Shown: in pieces, positions 24,716-34,302 of the stretch
Layout of the letters: every line of letters begins with the position of its first letter
Position numbering within the stretch: position 1 is the stretch's first letter
Source: an uncultured Candidatus Saccharibacteria bacterium
GTDB lineage: Bacteria; Patescibacteriota; Minisyncoccia; 2-02-FULL-40-12
NCBI GenBank assembly: GCA_964361105.1
Contig: CAYHZG010000001.1
Span: 1 to 41,292, forward strand
DNA: 41,292 nt
Direction: 5' to 3'
Notes under the pieces: model-generated
Seen by the model: only the letters and a program-made list of their open reading frames with translations
The model's database searches: none
Told to the model about the DNA's origin: nothing
Program-made: the position numbers and the translations under genes

Positions 24716-25666
24716 ATGAAACAAAAGGTTTTAATCACCGGCGGGGCCGGCTATGTCGGAACAAGCTTAATCCCCCAACTGCTTAAAAAAAGTTATGAGG
24801 TTACTGTCTTTGACCGTCTGCTGTGGGACAGTGATGTCTTGATCCCATTTTTTGAATCAAAGAATTTCCATTTCATTAAAGGTGATGTTCGAAATAAGGC
24901 TGCTTTGGCAAAAGCAGTAAAGGGGCAGGACGCAATCGTTCATTTGGCCGCGATTGTCGGCTTTCCGGCCTGCGACATGAATCCGAAATTGGCTGACGAA
25001 ACAAATATTGGGGGAGCTAAAAATTTAGCTGCTGTTACTAGTAAAAACCAGCATATAATTTTCGCATCATCACTATCAAACTATGGCCGAGTCATTGATG
25101 AAATCTGCACCGAAGAAACTCCGCTCGGACCAATCACCCGTTACAGCCGTAATAAAACAAAAGCCGAATTGATTTTAATGGATAAGACGACTTGTACCGC
25201 TTTGCGGCCGGGCACGGCTTTCGGCGCTTCGCCTCGCTTACGATTAGATCTACTCCCCCACCAACTCACAATAAGCGCCCTTAAAGATAAAAAAATGATG
25301 CTATACGAAGCCAATGCCATTCGCCCTTTTATTCACGTTCGGGATTTTGGCCGGGCGATTATTCATACTGTTGAACACGGGGGAAAAATGAAAAATGAAG
25401 TTTATAATCTCGGCGCTGATTCTCTAAATTACACCAAAAAACAAATCGCCGAAATTATAGCCAAAGAAACTAAGGCAAAAATAAAAGAGAGTGATGGCTG
25501 GGAAGACCCGGACAAACGTACTTATAATGTATCCTTTAAAAAATTAGCTGCCACCGGCTTCAAGCCGACGATTGATATGAAAGAAGGCATCCAAGAAATA
25601 ATCCGCATCCTGCCAATTACTGACCCTAAACATAAGTACTCCAACGCAGTTAAGATAACCAAATAG
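24716..25666 (+). CDS. NAD(P)-dependent sugar epimerase/dehydratase (SDR)
   Basis: GGAGYVGTS and YSRNKTKAE (YxxxK). ATG 24716 chosen; the ORF-track GTG 24695 lies inside the repeat arm. Confidence 0.8.
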   Translation: MKQKVLITGGAGYVGTSLIPQLLKKSYEVTVFDRLLWDSDVLIPFFESKNFHFIKGDVRNKAALAKAVKGQDAIVHLAAIVGFPACDMNPKLADETNIGGAKNLAAVTSKNQHIIFASSLSNYGRVIDEICTEETPLGPITRYSRNKTKAELILMDKTTCTALRPGTAFGASPRLRLDLLPHQLTISALKDKKMMLYEANAIRPFIHVRDFGRAIIHTVEHGGKMKNEVYNLGADSLNYTKKQIAEIIAKETKAKIKESDGWEDPDKRTYNVSFKKLAATGFKPTIDMKEGIQEIIRILPITDPKHKYSNAVKITK

Positions 25667-25668
25667 TT

Positions 25669-26382
25669 CTACTTTCTTAAAACAACAAGTATCCCCTGGC
25701 CAAAAAGGGACGGCCATAAACGATTCAAAATAGGCACTCCTTCATATAAACGGATTTTAAAATTTTTATAACTCTGACTTTTTAACCACCATTTCATATC
25801 TCCTAAAGTCCAAAAACGCAAATGTTCCGAGGGATGTACCCGCCACTGGAGCGGGAATCGGCCAAATAACAAACGCAGCCGGTGAACGACAAACCCGGTA
25901 TTGGGCACAGAAAAAATGACCGCCTTTTTCGAGTGGCCATAGGCCCACTCCAAAAGCTCCTCGGCATTAGCCATATGTTCCAAAACTTCAAATAAAACAA
26001 CAACGTCAAATCCGCCAACTGGCGGACCTAAATCTGAAAGCTGTTTCACGTCGCGGATGTCTTTTTTTATTACCACCAATCCCCTATTCTTAGCTTTTTC
26101 TAAAACATAATCCGAAGAATCTACCCCCAGCAACTCACCTTGATGGCTTTTTTCTTTTAGATAATCCAAAAACCGGCCATCGCCGCAGCCGACATCCAAA
26201 ATTGAATCGTTTTTGTCTATTTCGCGCCTTAAGAGAATAACCCTCTTTATCTGGAAACTGTTTAACCCAGCTTCAATATCCCGGCTCCGCCAATAAGCGT
26301 CATAATCATCGTCCGCTTTTTTCATCTTGGGATATCTGAAGATATCTTTGAAATAATGTTTTGACTTGTTTAAAAAACTCAT
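25669..26382 (-). CDS. class I SAM-dependent methyltransferase
   Basis: Motif I ILDVGCGDGRF. Its stop lies 2 nt from the stop of the convergent SDR gene. Confidence 0.8.
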   Translation of the reverse strand: MSFLNKSKHYFKDIFRYPKMKKADDDYDAYWRSRDIEAGLNSFQIKRVILLRREIDKNDSILDVGCGDGRFLDYLKEKSHQGELLGVDSSDYVLEKAKNRGLVVIKKDIRDVKQLSDLGPPVGGFDVVVLFEVLEHMANAEELLEWAYGHSKKAVIFSVPNTGFVVHRLRLLFGRFPLQWRVHPSEHLRFWTLGDMKWWLKSQSYKNFKIRLYEGVPILNRLWPSLFGQGILVVLRK

Positions 26383-26387
26383 TTGGA

Positions 26388-28247
26388 TTATAGCTTGATC
26401 TTAAATTTTTCGGCCCAGATTTGAAAAGCAAAAATCGGCATAAATTTTTTTATATTAACACTGGTAAATTCTGGGATTGAATCAATATAATTTTTCCTGA
26501 TTGAATTTAGATTAAAAAGATGGGAAGTAGGCGAATAGTAATGGTCGGATAAAACTTCTTTAACCATCTTGCCGAATTTTGAATGCATCCATTTTACAAT
26601 CGGCGCCCGCCAGCCGGATTTACGCTTATTAATAATATAATCGGGGAGATGATTTTTATAAGCTTGCCTAATGAGCGATTTTGACTGGCCTTCGGCTAAT
26701 TTCTTATCAGACGGGATACTATTGGCGTATCGGACCACTTCCTTGGCCAACAAAGGAAAACGGCCTTCCATCCCAAAGTTCATTGTGATTTTATCCGTTC
26801 TTAAAAACTCTTCATCGGCCAGCCAAAAAAGCCGGTCTAATTCTGCAATTGAATTTTCAATATCTTCTAAAGGTTGGGAAATAATCGGATTCTTTATTGA
26901 GGCCAAGTAATTTTTTAAATCGTGAAGGTCTGATTTTAACGGGAATTTTAATAATTTATCGTCTAAAACAAAATTAACTTTATTCAAATAAGTCCAGCGG
27001 TCTAAGGATTGATCCAATTTTAGAGAATGCCCGAATTTAATCCTTTTTTTTCTTAAAAAATTAATCTCATGCCAAAGATTCATCAAAAACGAGGGGTATT
27101 TTCTATAACGGTTTGAAATCTTTCTGGACTCAAAATACTTTGGGTACCCGAAAAATAATTCATCACCGCCGTTGCCGCTCAAGACCACGACAATGTCTTT
27201 AGCCGCAAATTTTGCCAGAAGCCAGTAGGCGGCAATCGAAGGGTTATACCGCGGTTCTTCAATCGTCTCAAAAACCTTTTCGGTAGCGGTTATAAAATCG
27301 TTTTCGTTAACTAAAAGTTCGTGGTGCTCAATTTTATAATCTTGGGTGAGTCGTTTGGCAAAATCGGCATCCTCATTAAAACTTTCATTATTAATATCGA
27401 ATCTGGTAGTATAAGTTCTGACAATATCTACACCGTTATTTACCAATTCATGCAAAATTACCGTTGAATCAAGTCCCCCGCTTAAGTAAAGACCAAATGG
27501 CCTTAAACCCATGGTATGGGCTAAAACCGATTTACCAATTTTCTCCCTAAGATAGTCAGGATTAAATTCAGTATTTTCGTCAAACCTTTCTTCACCGCCG
27601 AACCACTTTTCATCCAAAGTCTTGTTTTGTAAATCAAAAATTAAAATTTGGCCGGGACAAACTTTATTAACGTTCTGAATCAATGTCTTTGGACCAGGCA
27701 CGTAACCCAGAATAAAAAAAATATTCAAAGATTCAATATTAAGTTTCCTGTCGATGCCGTGAATCAAAATTCCTCTTAATTCGGAAGAAAAAATAAGCTT
27801 TCCGCCGTTATAATGATAATAAAACGGTTTCATGCCCATCCGGTCGCGGGCTAAATAAAGCTTCTTTGCTTTTTTATTCAGGAAAGCAAAGGCGAACATG
27901 CCGTCTAATTTTTTAACGAAATCAATCCCCTCTTCTATTAAACCTTGTAAAAGAACCTCGGTATCGCCTTGAGTATGAAATTTATAACCCTTGGCTTCAA
28001 GTTCTGATTTTAATTTTTTGTAATTATAAATCTCGCCGTTATAAATGAGAACAAAGTTTTTATCAGGTGAAAGAAACGGCTGACGGCCTTCGGCAGGCGT
28101 ATTGGTAATAGCTAAAAGATTATGGCCTAAGCTGATTTCGTCATCAACATAAAAATCTTGGCCATCAGGCCCACGGCGTCTGGTACTCTGGATCATTTTT
28201 TCAATCAGACCTTGATCTTTAAAGTTAAATCCATTTATCCCGCACAT
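26388..28247 (-). CDS. asparagine synthase (glutamine-hydrolysing)-family amidotransferase
   Basis: N-terminal Met-Cys (MCGINGF) Ntn nucleophile, GDTEVLL, and PP-loop SGGLDST. Confidence 0.9.
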   Translation of the reverse strand: MCGINGFNFKDQGLIEKMIQSTRRRGPDGQDFYVDDEISLGHNLLAITNTPAEGRQPFLSPDKNFVLIYNGEIYNYKKLKSELEAKGYKFHTQGDTEVLLQGLIEEGIDFVKKLDGMFAFAFLNKKAKKLYLARDRMGMKPFYYHYNGGKLIFSSELRGILIHGIDRKLNIESLNIFFILGYVPGPKTLIQNVNKVCPGQILIFDLQNKTLDEKWFGGEERFDENTEFNPDYLREKIGKSVLAHTMGLRPFGLYLSGGLDSTVILHELVNNGVDIVRTYTTRFDINNESFNEDADFAKRLTQDYKIEHHELLVNENDFITATEKVFETIEEPRYNPSIAAYWLLAKFAAKDIVVVLSGNGGDELFFGYPKYFESRKISNRYRKYPSFLMNLWHEINFLRKKRIKFGHSLKLDQSLDRWTYLNKVNFVLDDKLLKFPLKSDLHDLKNYLASIKNPIISQPLEDIENSIAELDRLFWLADEEFLRTDKITMNFGMEGRFPLLAKEVVRYANSIPSDKKLAEGQSKSLIRQAYKNHLPDYIINKRKSGWRAPIVKWMHSKFGKMVKEVLSDHYYSPTSHLFNLNSIRKNYIDSIPEFTSVNIKKFMPIFAFQIWAEKFKIKL

Positions 28248-28304
28248 ACCAAATAAGGATAATGGATTATTGTCTAAATCGCAAAAAATGATATATTTGA
28301 AGCC

Positions 28305-29762
28305 ATGATTTCAAAACTGGGAGACTCGCTTTTTTTGCTAAAAAAAATGAATCAAATCCGCATCCAAGACCGGCCGATTTATGATTTTTATTCTTACCAC
28401 GGATATTCTCTTTGGAGTTTTTATCAGCAGATACTTTGGGAAGAAATCCAGCGGTTTCATGCTGATGACGGCAGAACGAAAAAACGAAAGAAAAATTATG
28501 CTTTTGCGCCCCTTAAAGACTTAATCCAAAAGATTTTCATTCTTGGAATTTCTCTGGTTTCCTTTATCATATTTCTCATAAAAAGGCCGCGAGTGATTGT
28601 CTTTTCCAACGACATTGTCCAGGGACCTTTCAGAACTGATTTGCGCATAAATGAGCTCTATCGTTTTCTCAATGAAAGAAATATCTCCTATGGCGAAATA
28701 ATCCATACCGTTTTTAATCGCGGGATTATTAACCGGTTTTTGGCTAGGCGAAGGCCAATATTTTATCTTGAAAATGCCGATATAGTTTTTTCTTTGACTT
28801 CGCGTTTTAAAAGAAAATTTTTTGCCGATATTAAGCTCAATCAGATAAACTGGTCTGATTTTTCAGAAAAAGAAAGATCATTCGCTCAAGGAATTTTGAA
28901 ATTATTTTCCAAGCGGGCCGAAATCTCAATCTTAAAAATAAAGCTGTTTAAATGGTTTTTTAAAATACTGAAGCCGGAATTCTTATTCGCCATTGATGAT
29001 GTCCGATATTATCACGAGTTGCTTTTAGCCGCCAAATTGGCCGGGGTAAAAACCTGCGGCTTCCAGCACGGCCGTTTCAATCAATACCTTGTCGGTTGGA
29101 TAAATTACCAGATCCCCCCTCAAAAATGCCTGATTCCGGATTCGTATTTTGTCTGGAATGAATATTGGCAAAATAAAATTATTTCCCTAAGCCCGACATT
29201 CAGTTACTATCAAGACCGGATTCGGATTGCCGGCAAACCGGGATCAATTGACCAATCTCAAAATATTATTCATCGGACTGATGACGGAATAATGGCAGTC
29301 CTCATTCCTCACGAAGTCAAAGCCGTAAAATACGAGATAAACGCTTATGTCGAAAAATTCCTTGCCTGCCCAAAGACGAAAGTTCTTTATCGCCTTAGGC
29401 AGGACATTCCAGAAGAAGAACAGAAGAAATCAGTGGCCCAATTTCTGAATCACTCCGATTTTAAAATCGTCGGCCCCATGACTGACTCTGAATTAAGAAC
29501 CGTTGACGTTATTACCGGCACCTATTCCACTATGCTTTATGAAATGGTTGAAAAAGGCATCCCGATTGCTGTTTTAGAATCAAGCACGACCGAGGCAGAC
29601 GATTTAGTGGACGAAGGGATGGCAACAAAAATAACTCTGGATTCTGAAATTTGCAAAATGATGAAGAAAATATCTGAAACGAAGGAAAATGTCCTAAAAA
29701 AATCGGCAGAAAAATTCCACACAAAAGCCGATATTAAAGATACTCTTAGTAGTATTTTATAA
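28305..29762 (+). CDS. hypothetical membrane-anchored protein, possibly a TagF/KpsS-like (GT-B) transferase
   Basis: One hydrophobic helix (IFILGISLVSFIIFLI). The C-terminal VITGTYSTMLYEMVEKGIPIAVL resembles the terminal motif of capsule-synthesis and CDP-glycerol transferase families. The assignment is weak. Confidence 0.3.
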   Translation: MISKLGDSLFLLKKMNQIRIQDRPIYDFYSYHGYSLWSFYQQILWEEIQRFHADDGRTKKRKKNYAFAPLKDLIQKIFILGISLVSFIIFLIKRPRVIVFSNDIVQGPFRTDLRINELYRFLNERNISYGEIIHTVFNRGIINRFLARRRPIFYLENADIVFSLTSRFKRKFFADIKLNQINWSDFSEKERSFAQGILKLFSKRAEISILKIKLFKWFFKILKPEFLFAIDDVRYYHELLLAAKLAGVKTCGFQHGRFNQYLVGWINYQIPPQKCLIPDSYFVWNEYWQNKIISLSPTFSYYQDRIRIAGKPGSIDQSQNIIHRTDDGIMAVLIPHEVKAVKYEINAYVEKFLACPKTKVLYRLRQDIPEEEQKKSVAQFLNHSDFKIVGPMTDSELRTVDVITGTYSTMLYEMVEKGIPIAVLESSTTEADDLVDEGMATKITLDSEICKMMKKISETKENVLKKSAEKFHTKADIKDTLSSIL

Positions 29763-29772
29763 AAGAAGGAAC

Positions 29773-31014
29773 TTAAACGATTTTAATCGGAGCTACCGGC
29801 AGAACGAATTTTCCGCCTTGATTTCGGAATTCCTTTTCTTTTTCCATAATTACCTTGGCGTAGTTAGGTACCAAGATAATGAAATAGTCGGGCAGTTTTT
29901 TTTCGGCCTCGGCCCGCGAGATTACGGGAATATGGGTAACCGGCGAATATTTGCCCTGTTTGGCCGGCGAGTCGTCAACTAAAAACTTAATATGCTTTCC
30001 GTCTAACCCAGCCAGCTTAAGAATGGAAAAACCCTTAGCCGCCGCACCGTAACCAGCCACTGTTCCCTTTAATCCTTTGACCAAATCGCCGAGCTTCTTT
30101 GCTTCCCCAAGAACCTCGTAGCGGTAACGCTTCGCGGTTTCGTAATTGTTATATTTTTTATCTTCCTTTAATAAAGATGAGAATCTCTTGGTCGGTTTTT
30201 TATCGTACCCGCCTGCCGGACGGGCAGGAGCGGCGTAAAGACGCAAAGAAAGACCCTCGCCCTGGGCTTTGGTAACATAAGCATCAAAAAGTTTAAGGCC
30301 GTGCATCTTGGCAAGGTCAACCCAATTTTTAAGAGAAAAATAGGAATAGTGATCATGATAGATAAGAGCGTAATGTTTTTCTTTTACCATTCCCGGCCAA
30401 TAATTGCACTCAACCCAGAATATGCCGTCTTTGGTCAGGAGGGCCTTAACACCTTTAAGAACCGAGTGAATGTCATCGATGTGGGCCAGGCAATTGGCGC
30501 CGCCGATCACCTTGGCCTGACCAAACTCTTTGGCGATGTTTTTAGCGGTCCGTTCGTTAAACTCCGCCGCCAAGGTGGGAATGCCTCTGGCAATGGCTCT
30601 GGTGGCCACGTTGGTGGCCGGGTCAATGCCGAGCAGTTTTCTTTTCTTGAACTTTTTAAGAACCGTTCCATCGTTTGAACCGATTTCCACTATAAAATCG
30701 CCGGGCTTGGTCATTCTTTCAAGGTCAGCCACCAAGCCGTTAAAGGCCTGCATATATTGACTTTCTTGGGGCATGTCGCCGGTGTAGTAAAGATAATCCT
30801 GGTCTTGATAGATTTTTTTTGAAGAAATAGGGTTTACTACCTGAACCAAAAAACATTTCTGACACTGCTCTACCAACAGAGGATAGGTTTTTTCTTTTCC
30901 CAGTTCTTTTTTTTCAAGCAGGGAATTAACCAAAGGATTCTCGCCAAAATCAATAACAGTTTTGAACTTCCGCGAAGCGCAGATTCGACAAATTTTTTTG
31001 CGGTTGATATTCAT
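29773..31014 (-). CDS. NDP-sugar C-methyltransferase (TylCIII-like; zinc-ribbon + class I MT + C-methyltransferase C-terminal domain)
   Basis: CRICASRKF..CQKCFLVQ zinc ribbon, IGSNDG motif I region, and VAGYGAAAKGFSILKLAG..VDDSPAKQGKYSPVTHIPV C-terminal domain. Confidence 0.75.
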   Translation of the reverse strand: MNINRKKICRICASRKFKTVIDFGENPLVNSLLEKKELGKEKTYPLLVEQCQKCFLVQVVNPISSKKIYQDQDYLYYTGDMPQESQYMQAFNGLVADLERMTKPGDFIVEIGSNDGTVLKKFKKRKLLGIDPATNVATRAIARGIPTLAAEFNERTAKNIAKEFGQAKVIGGANCLAHIDDIHSVLKGVKALLTKDGIFWVECNYWPGMVKEKHYALIYHDHYSYFSLKNWVDLAKMHGLKLFDAYVTKAQGEGLSLRLYAAPARPAGGYDKKPTKRFSSLLKEDKKYNNYETAKRYRYEVLGEAKKLGDLVKGLKGTVAGYGAAAKGFSILKLAGLDGKHIKFLVDDSPAKQGKYSPVTHIPVISRAEAEKKLPDYFIILVPNYAKVIMEKEKEFRNQGGKFVLPVAPIKIV

Positions 31015-31871
31015 TATAATTTTTTAATTGACACCGAGATGGTAGCATCATCTTCATAGAACCTCAAGAGCTTATGCGGCCCCAAGCCCTTCTTCATCAT
31101 TTTCCTGACTTCACCAGAGTTAAATCTGGGATTACCAGAGAACCAGTCAAAATTTGACGACACTGATAAATTAAAATCAATGCTGGGACTATACCAGCAT
31201 CTGAAAACCTGATTATGGACAAATCTTTGCAGAGTTTCGTATTTTTTATTCTTGAAGATAACGCCTTTGAGGTTCAAGTTGTATAAGGCCTCCCCGAAAC
31301 GGGTCACTACCTCTGAAAATTTCCAAAGTTCCTCCGGTTTTAAGGTTCTGGCCCGATCCATAATAGCGTCGTCAACAAAATCACGATATTCATTTTTTTT
31401 TCGGCAGACGGAAAAATTAATCACTCCATTCGGAGATAAATATCTGTAAAGATGCCTTAATGTTTGGGCTGGATTCGGAGTATGGTGCAAGGCCTGATCG
31501 CAGGAGATAAAATCAAATGTTCCAGAGTATTTAAAATTTGTTATATCGTCCCTGATAACGCTGCAGTTTTTAAAAGGCCGAAGCGTCTCACTGGCTACTT
31601 TAATTGCGCTTGGGCTCTGATCCATCGCCAAAATTTTGGCTCTTGGATTAAGCTCGGCAAACATTTTAGAGTCCCGGGCCAAGCCGCAGCCGGCTTCAAG
31701 GATGCTGTTTTTATCACTTAAAAATTTTTGGAGTCCAGCGAAGGTAAAATAACCATAGCGCTGAAGATACCATTTCCGATACATTTCTTCGGTATCGCGC
31801 GCCCAGCTTGGCACCTTCTTCCATTTGAAATCGAAAAAATCAAAAGTCAATTTTTTAATCGGCTTTTTCAT
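31014..31871 (-). CDS. class I SAM-dependent methyltransferase
   Basis: Motif I ILEAGCGLARDS. TAATG-type 1-nt overlap with the downstream gene. Confidence 0.7.
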   Translation of the reverse strand: MKKPIKKLTFDFFDFKWKKVPSWARDTEEMYRKWYLQRYGYFTFAGLQKFLSDKNSILEAGCGLARDSKMFAELNPRAKILAMDQSPSAIKVASETLRPFKNCSVIRDDITNFKYSGTFDFISCDQALHHTPNPAQTLRHLYRYLSPNGVINFSVCRKKNEYRDFVDDAIMDRARTLKPEELWKFSEVVTRFGEALYNLNLKGVIFKNKKYETLQRFVHNQVFRCWYSPSIDFNLSVSSNFDWFSGNPRFNSGEVRKMMKKGLGPHKLLRFYEDDATISVSIKKL

Positions 31872-32760
31872 TTTTTAGCGTCGGTACGAACTGATTGAGC
31901 CATTCAATAACGTCAACCTTGGGACACCAGCCTAAAAGTTCTTTGATTTTGGACGTATCTGCTTCGTGCCGCTCCACTTCATAACCTCGTTTGGGAATAA
32001 AAATAACCTCTCCGCCGATTGCCCTGGCGACTTCTTCCATTGCTGTCACCTTACCAGTGCCGACATTAATGATTTCACCATTTCCGGTTTTGTCCGATTC
32101 AAGAGCTCTGACAAATGCTTCTGCTACTTCCTTGACGTAAACAAAATCTCTCTGGCCAGTCCTAAAAGACGACTGAGCTGTAGTTTCGGTTAAGGTTATG
32201 GGTCGGCCTTCTTTTTTAGAGCGGAAAAATGCCGCCATGGCCGAATCAGGTCTTGGCTCTTCGCCAAAGACCTGAAACAGACGCAAAATTATGGTCGGCA
32301 AACCGTATCGCTTATTCCACATTTTGAGCAGATGCTCGCAAGATAATTTCTGCCAGCTGTAGGGCTCGATCGGGTCTGAAGGCATATCCTCTTTCCAGGG
32401 AGTGGGATTGTTGCCGTAAAGAGACGCCGTAGACGGAAAAGCAAGCTTTTTTACGCCGGCCCTTGTCGCCAAATCTAAAAGTCGGACAGTCATTTCTATA
32501 TTATCCCGGGTCGTTTCAATCGGACGCTGAACAGAATTCGGAATATTGGTAACAAAAGCGAGATGAACAATATAGTCAACACCGCTTAACTCATCTAAGC
32601 TAAGGTTACGAACGTCTTTTTGTAAGAATGAAAAATTCTGCTGATTCAGGCCGCAAGGCTGAATATCCACGCCGACAACTTGCCAGCCTTTTTGAAGGCA
32701 AGCTTCCACTAAATTAAGACCGATAAAACCAGAGACTCCGGTGATAAGGGCTTTAGCCAT
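31855..32760 (-). CDS. NAD(P)-dependent sugar epimerase/dehydratase (SDR)
   Basis: ITGVSGFIGLNL and YSWQKLSCE (YxxxK). Confidence 0.8.
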   Translation of the reverse strand: MAKALITGVSGFIGLNLVEACLQKGWQVVGVDIQPCGLNQQNFSFLQKDVRNLSLDELSGVDYIVHLAFVTNIPNSVQRPIETTRDNIEMTVRLLDLATRAGVKKLAFPSTASLYGNNPTPWKEDMPSDPIEPYSWQKLSCEHLLKMWNKRYGLPTIILRLFQVFGEEPRPDSAMAAFFRSKKEGRPITLTETTAQSSFRTGQRDFVYVKEVAEAFVRALESDKTGNGEIINVGTGKVTAMEEVARAIGGEVIFIPKRGYEVERHEADTSKIKELLGWCPKVDVIEWLNQFVPTLKNEKAD

Positions 32761-32772
32761 ATGAAAAATATC

Positions 32773-34302
32773 CTAACTTTTTTCTATTTTTTTATCAAGA
32801 AAATTAGATTGCCAGTGTTTTTTAAGAAGGTTGAAATATAAACTTCGGTCCCAGTCGTTCCGTTTGAACCATTTATTAAATACTATCGTTAATCCTTGTT
32901 TCTCCATTTTGAGCGGCGTCATGATCCCTCGTTTTTGCAAAATATTGCGCAGAATCATTTTCTGTTCAAGGCCCTGGATTTTAAATTCCGGCGGCAGACT
33001 GAAACCGAACTCAATTATTCTCCGGTCCAAGAAAGGACAGCGGTTTTCAAGGCCAAAAGCACCGGCCATACGGTCACCCATTTGCAATAAACTTGGCATA
33101 ATCAATTTGAAATCGGCAAAACCCATGGCATTAATCGGGTCATCAAACATTTCAAAAAATGGTTTAAGCTTGGTTTTTACAAACTCCAAATTGTTGTTTC
33201 GAGCAGTTATTTCGCTAAATCCGTCCAAATGGCTCGGAAAATACTTGCTAAAGATATACTTATAGGAGGGATAAGCTTGCTGGAGCGACCATTCGCGAGC
33301 AATCGGCAGATAACGGACATATCCTCCGAAAATCTCATCAGCTCCTTCTCCTGATAAAACAACTTTTACTTTTTTACTGGCCTGTTCAGCCAGTTTCCAT
33401 AAAGGATAAGAAGAGAGCGAGCCAACCGGAAAATCAAGATGCCAAACGATTTTTTTTACATTCTTAAAAAAATCGTTTTTCCAGTCCTCGGTGTTGTCAA
33501 AATAAAAACGGTGTTCAAAATCGTAAAGAGAAGCAATCAGAGATGAATCCATACCGCCAGAATAATAAAGGCCATAAGGAACATCGCTTCGGGTTCTGAT
33601 TTTTATGGCGTCGGTAAGCAGCTCTTCAAGCTCTTCGGCCGCCGTTTTAAGAGCAATTTTTCTGGGTTTGAACTCCCAATGCGGCTTTATGGAAGTTTTG
33701 TTTTTATTGATGTCGTAGATGAGATAGTGGGCCGGAGGAACCTCAAAGACATTTTTGAAATGGGTAGTAATATGACAGTGCTGAAAGGCGTCGGCAAAAC
33801 GGTCCGGCTGATACTCAAGCGGAACTATTTCTTTAAAGGCTTTTGCTTCGGAAGCAAAGGCGAAATTTTTACCTTTGTGAAAATAGTAAAGAGGTTTCTC
33901 ACCAGCGATGTCCCGGCCAAGAATAATTTGTTTTTTGGCTTTATCATAAATAGCAAAAGCGAACATTCCGTTTAATTTATCAAACATTTTCAATCCCCAC
34001 TGGCGCCAGGCCTTCGCCAAAACTTCGGTATCGCCTGTAGTCTTAAACTCCCAGCCTAATTTTTTAAGCTCTTTTCTTAATTCAACAAAATTATATATCT
34101 CGCCGTTATAAGAAAGAACAATTGCCTCATCTTGATAGAGGCAAAGGCCGGGTGAGGTTAAATCTAAAATTTTCAGACGCCCCATTCCAAGCTCAATATT
34201 TTTATCTTTAAAAACTCCTTCTTCATCAGGAGCCCGGTGCTTTTGAACTTCAATCATTTTCTCTACTCCTTTCTTATTTACTAAGCCGGCGATGCTGCAC
34301 AT
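32773..34302 (-). CDS. asparagine-synthase-family amidotransferase (second paralogue)
   Basis: Starting at ATG 34302 gives Met-Cys (MCSIAG), as class II amidotransferases require. GDTEVL, and PP-loop YSGGMDSS. Confidence 0.8.
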   Translation of the reverse strand: MCSIAGLVNKKGVEKMIEVQKHRAPDEEGVFKDKNIELGMGRLKILDLTSPGLCLYQDEAIVLSYNGEIYNFVELRKELKKLGWEFKTTGDTEVLAKAWRQWGLKMFDKLNGMFAFAIYDKAKKQIILGRDIAGEKPLYYFHKGKNFAFASEAKAFKEIVPLEYQPDRFADAFQHCHITTHFKNVFEVPPAHYLIYDINKNKTSIKPHWEFKPRKIALKTAAEELEELLTDAIKIRTRSDVPYGLYYSGGMDSSLIASLYDFEHRFYFDNTEDWKNDFFKNVKKIVWHLDFPVGSLSSYPLWKLAEQASKKVKVVLSGEGADEIFGGYVRYLPIAREWSLQQAYPSYKYIFSKYFPSHLDGFSEITARNNNLEFVKTKLKPFFEMFDDPINAMGFADFKLIMPSLLQMGDRMAGAFGLENRCPFLDRRIIEFGFSLPPEFKIQGLEQKMILRNILQKRGIMTPLKMEKQGLTIVFNKWFKRNDWDRSLYFNLLKKHWQSNFLDKKIEKS

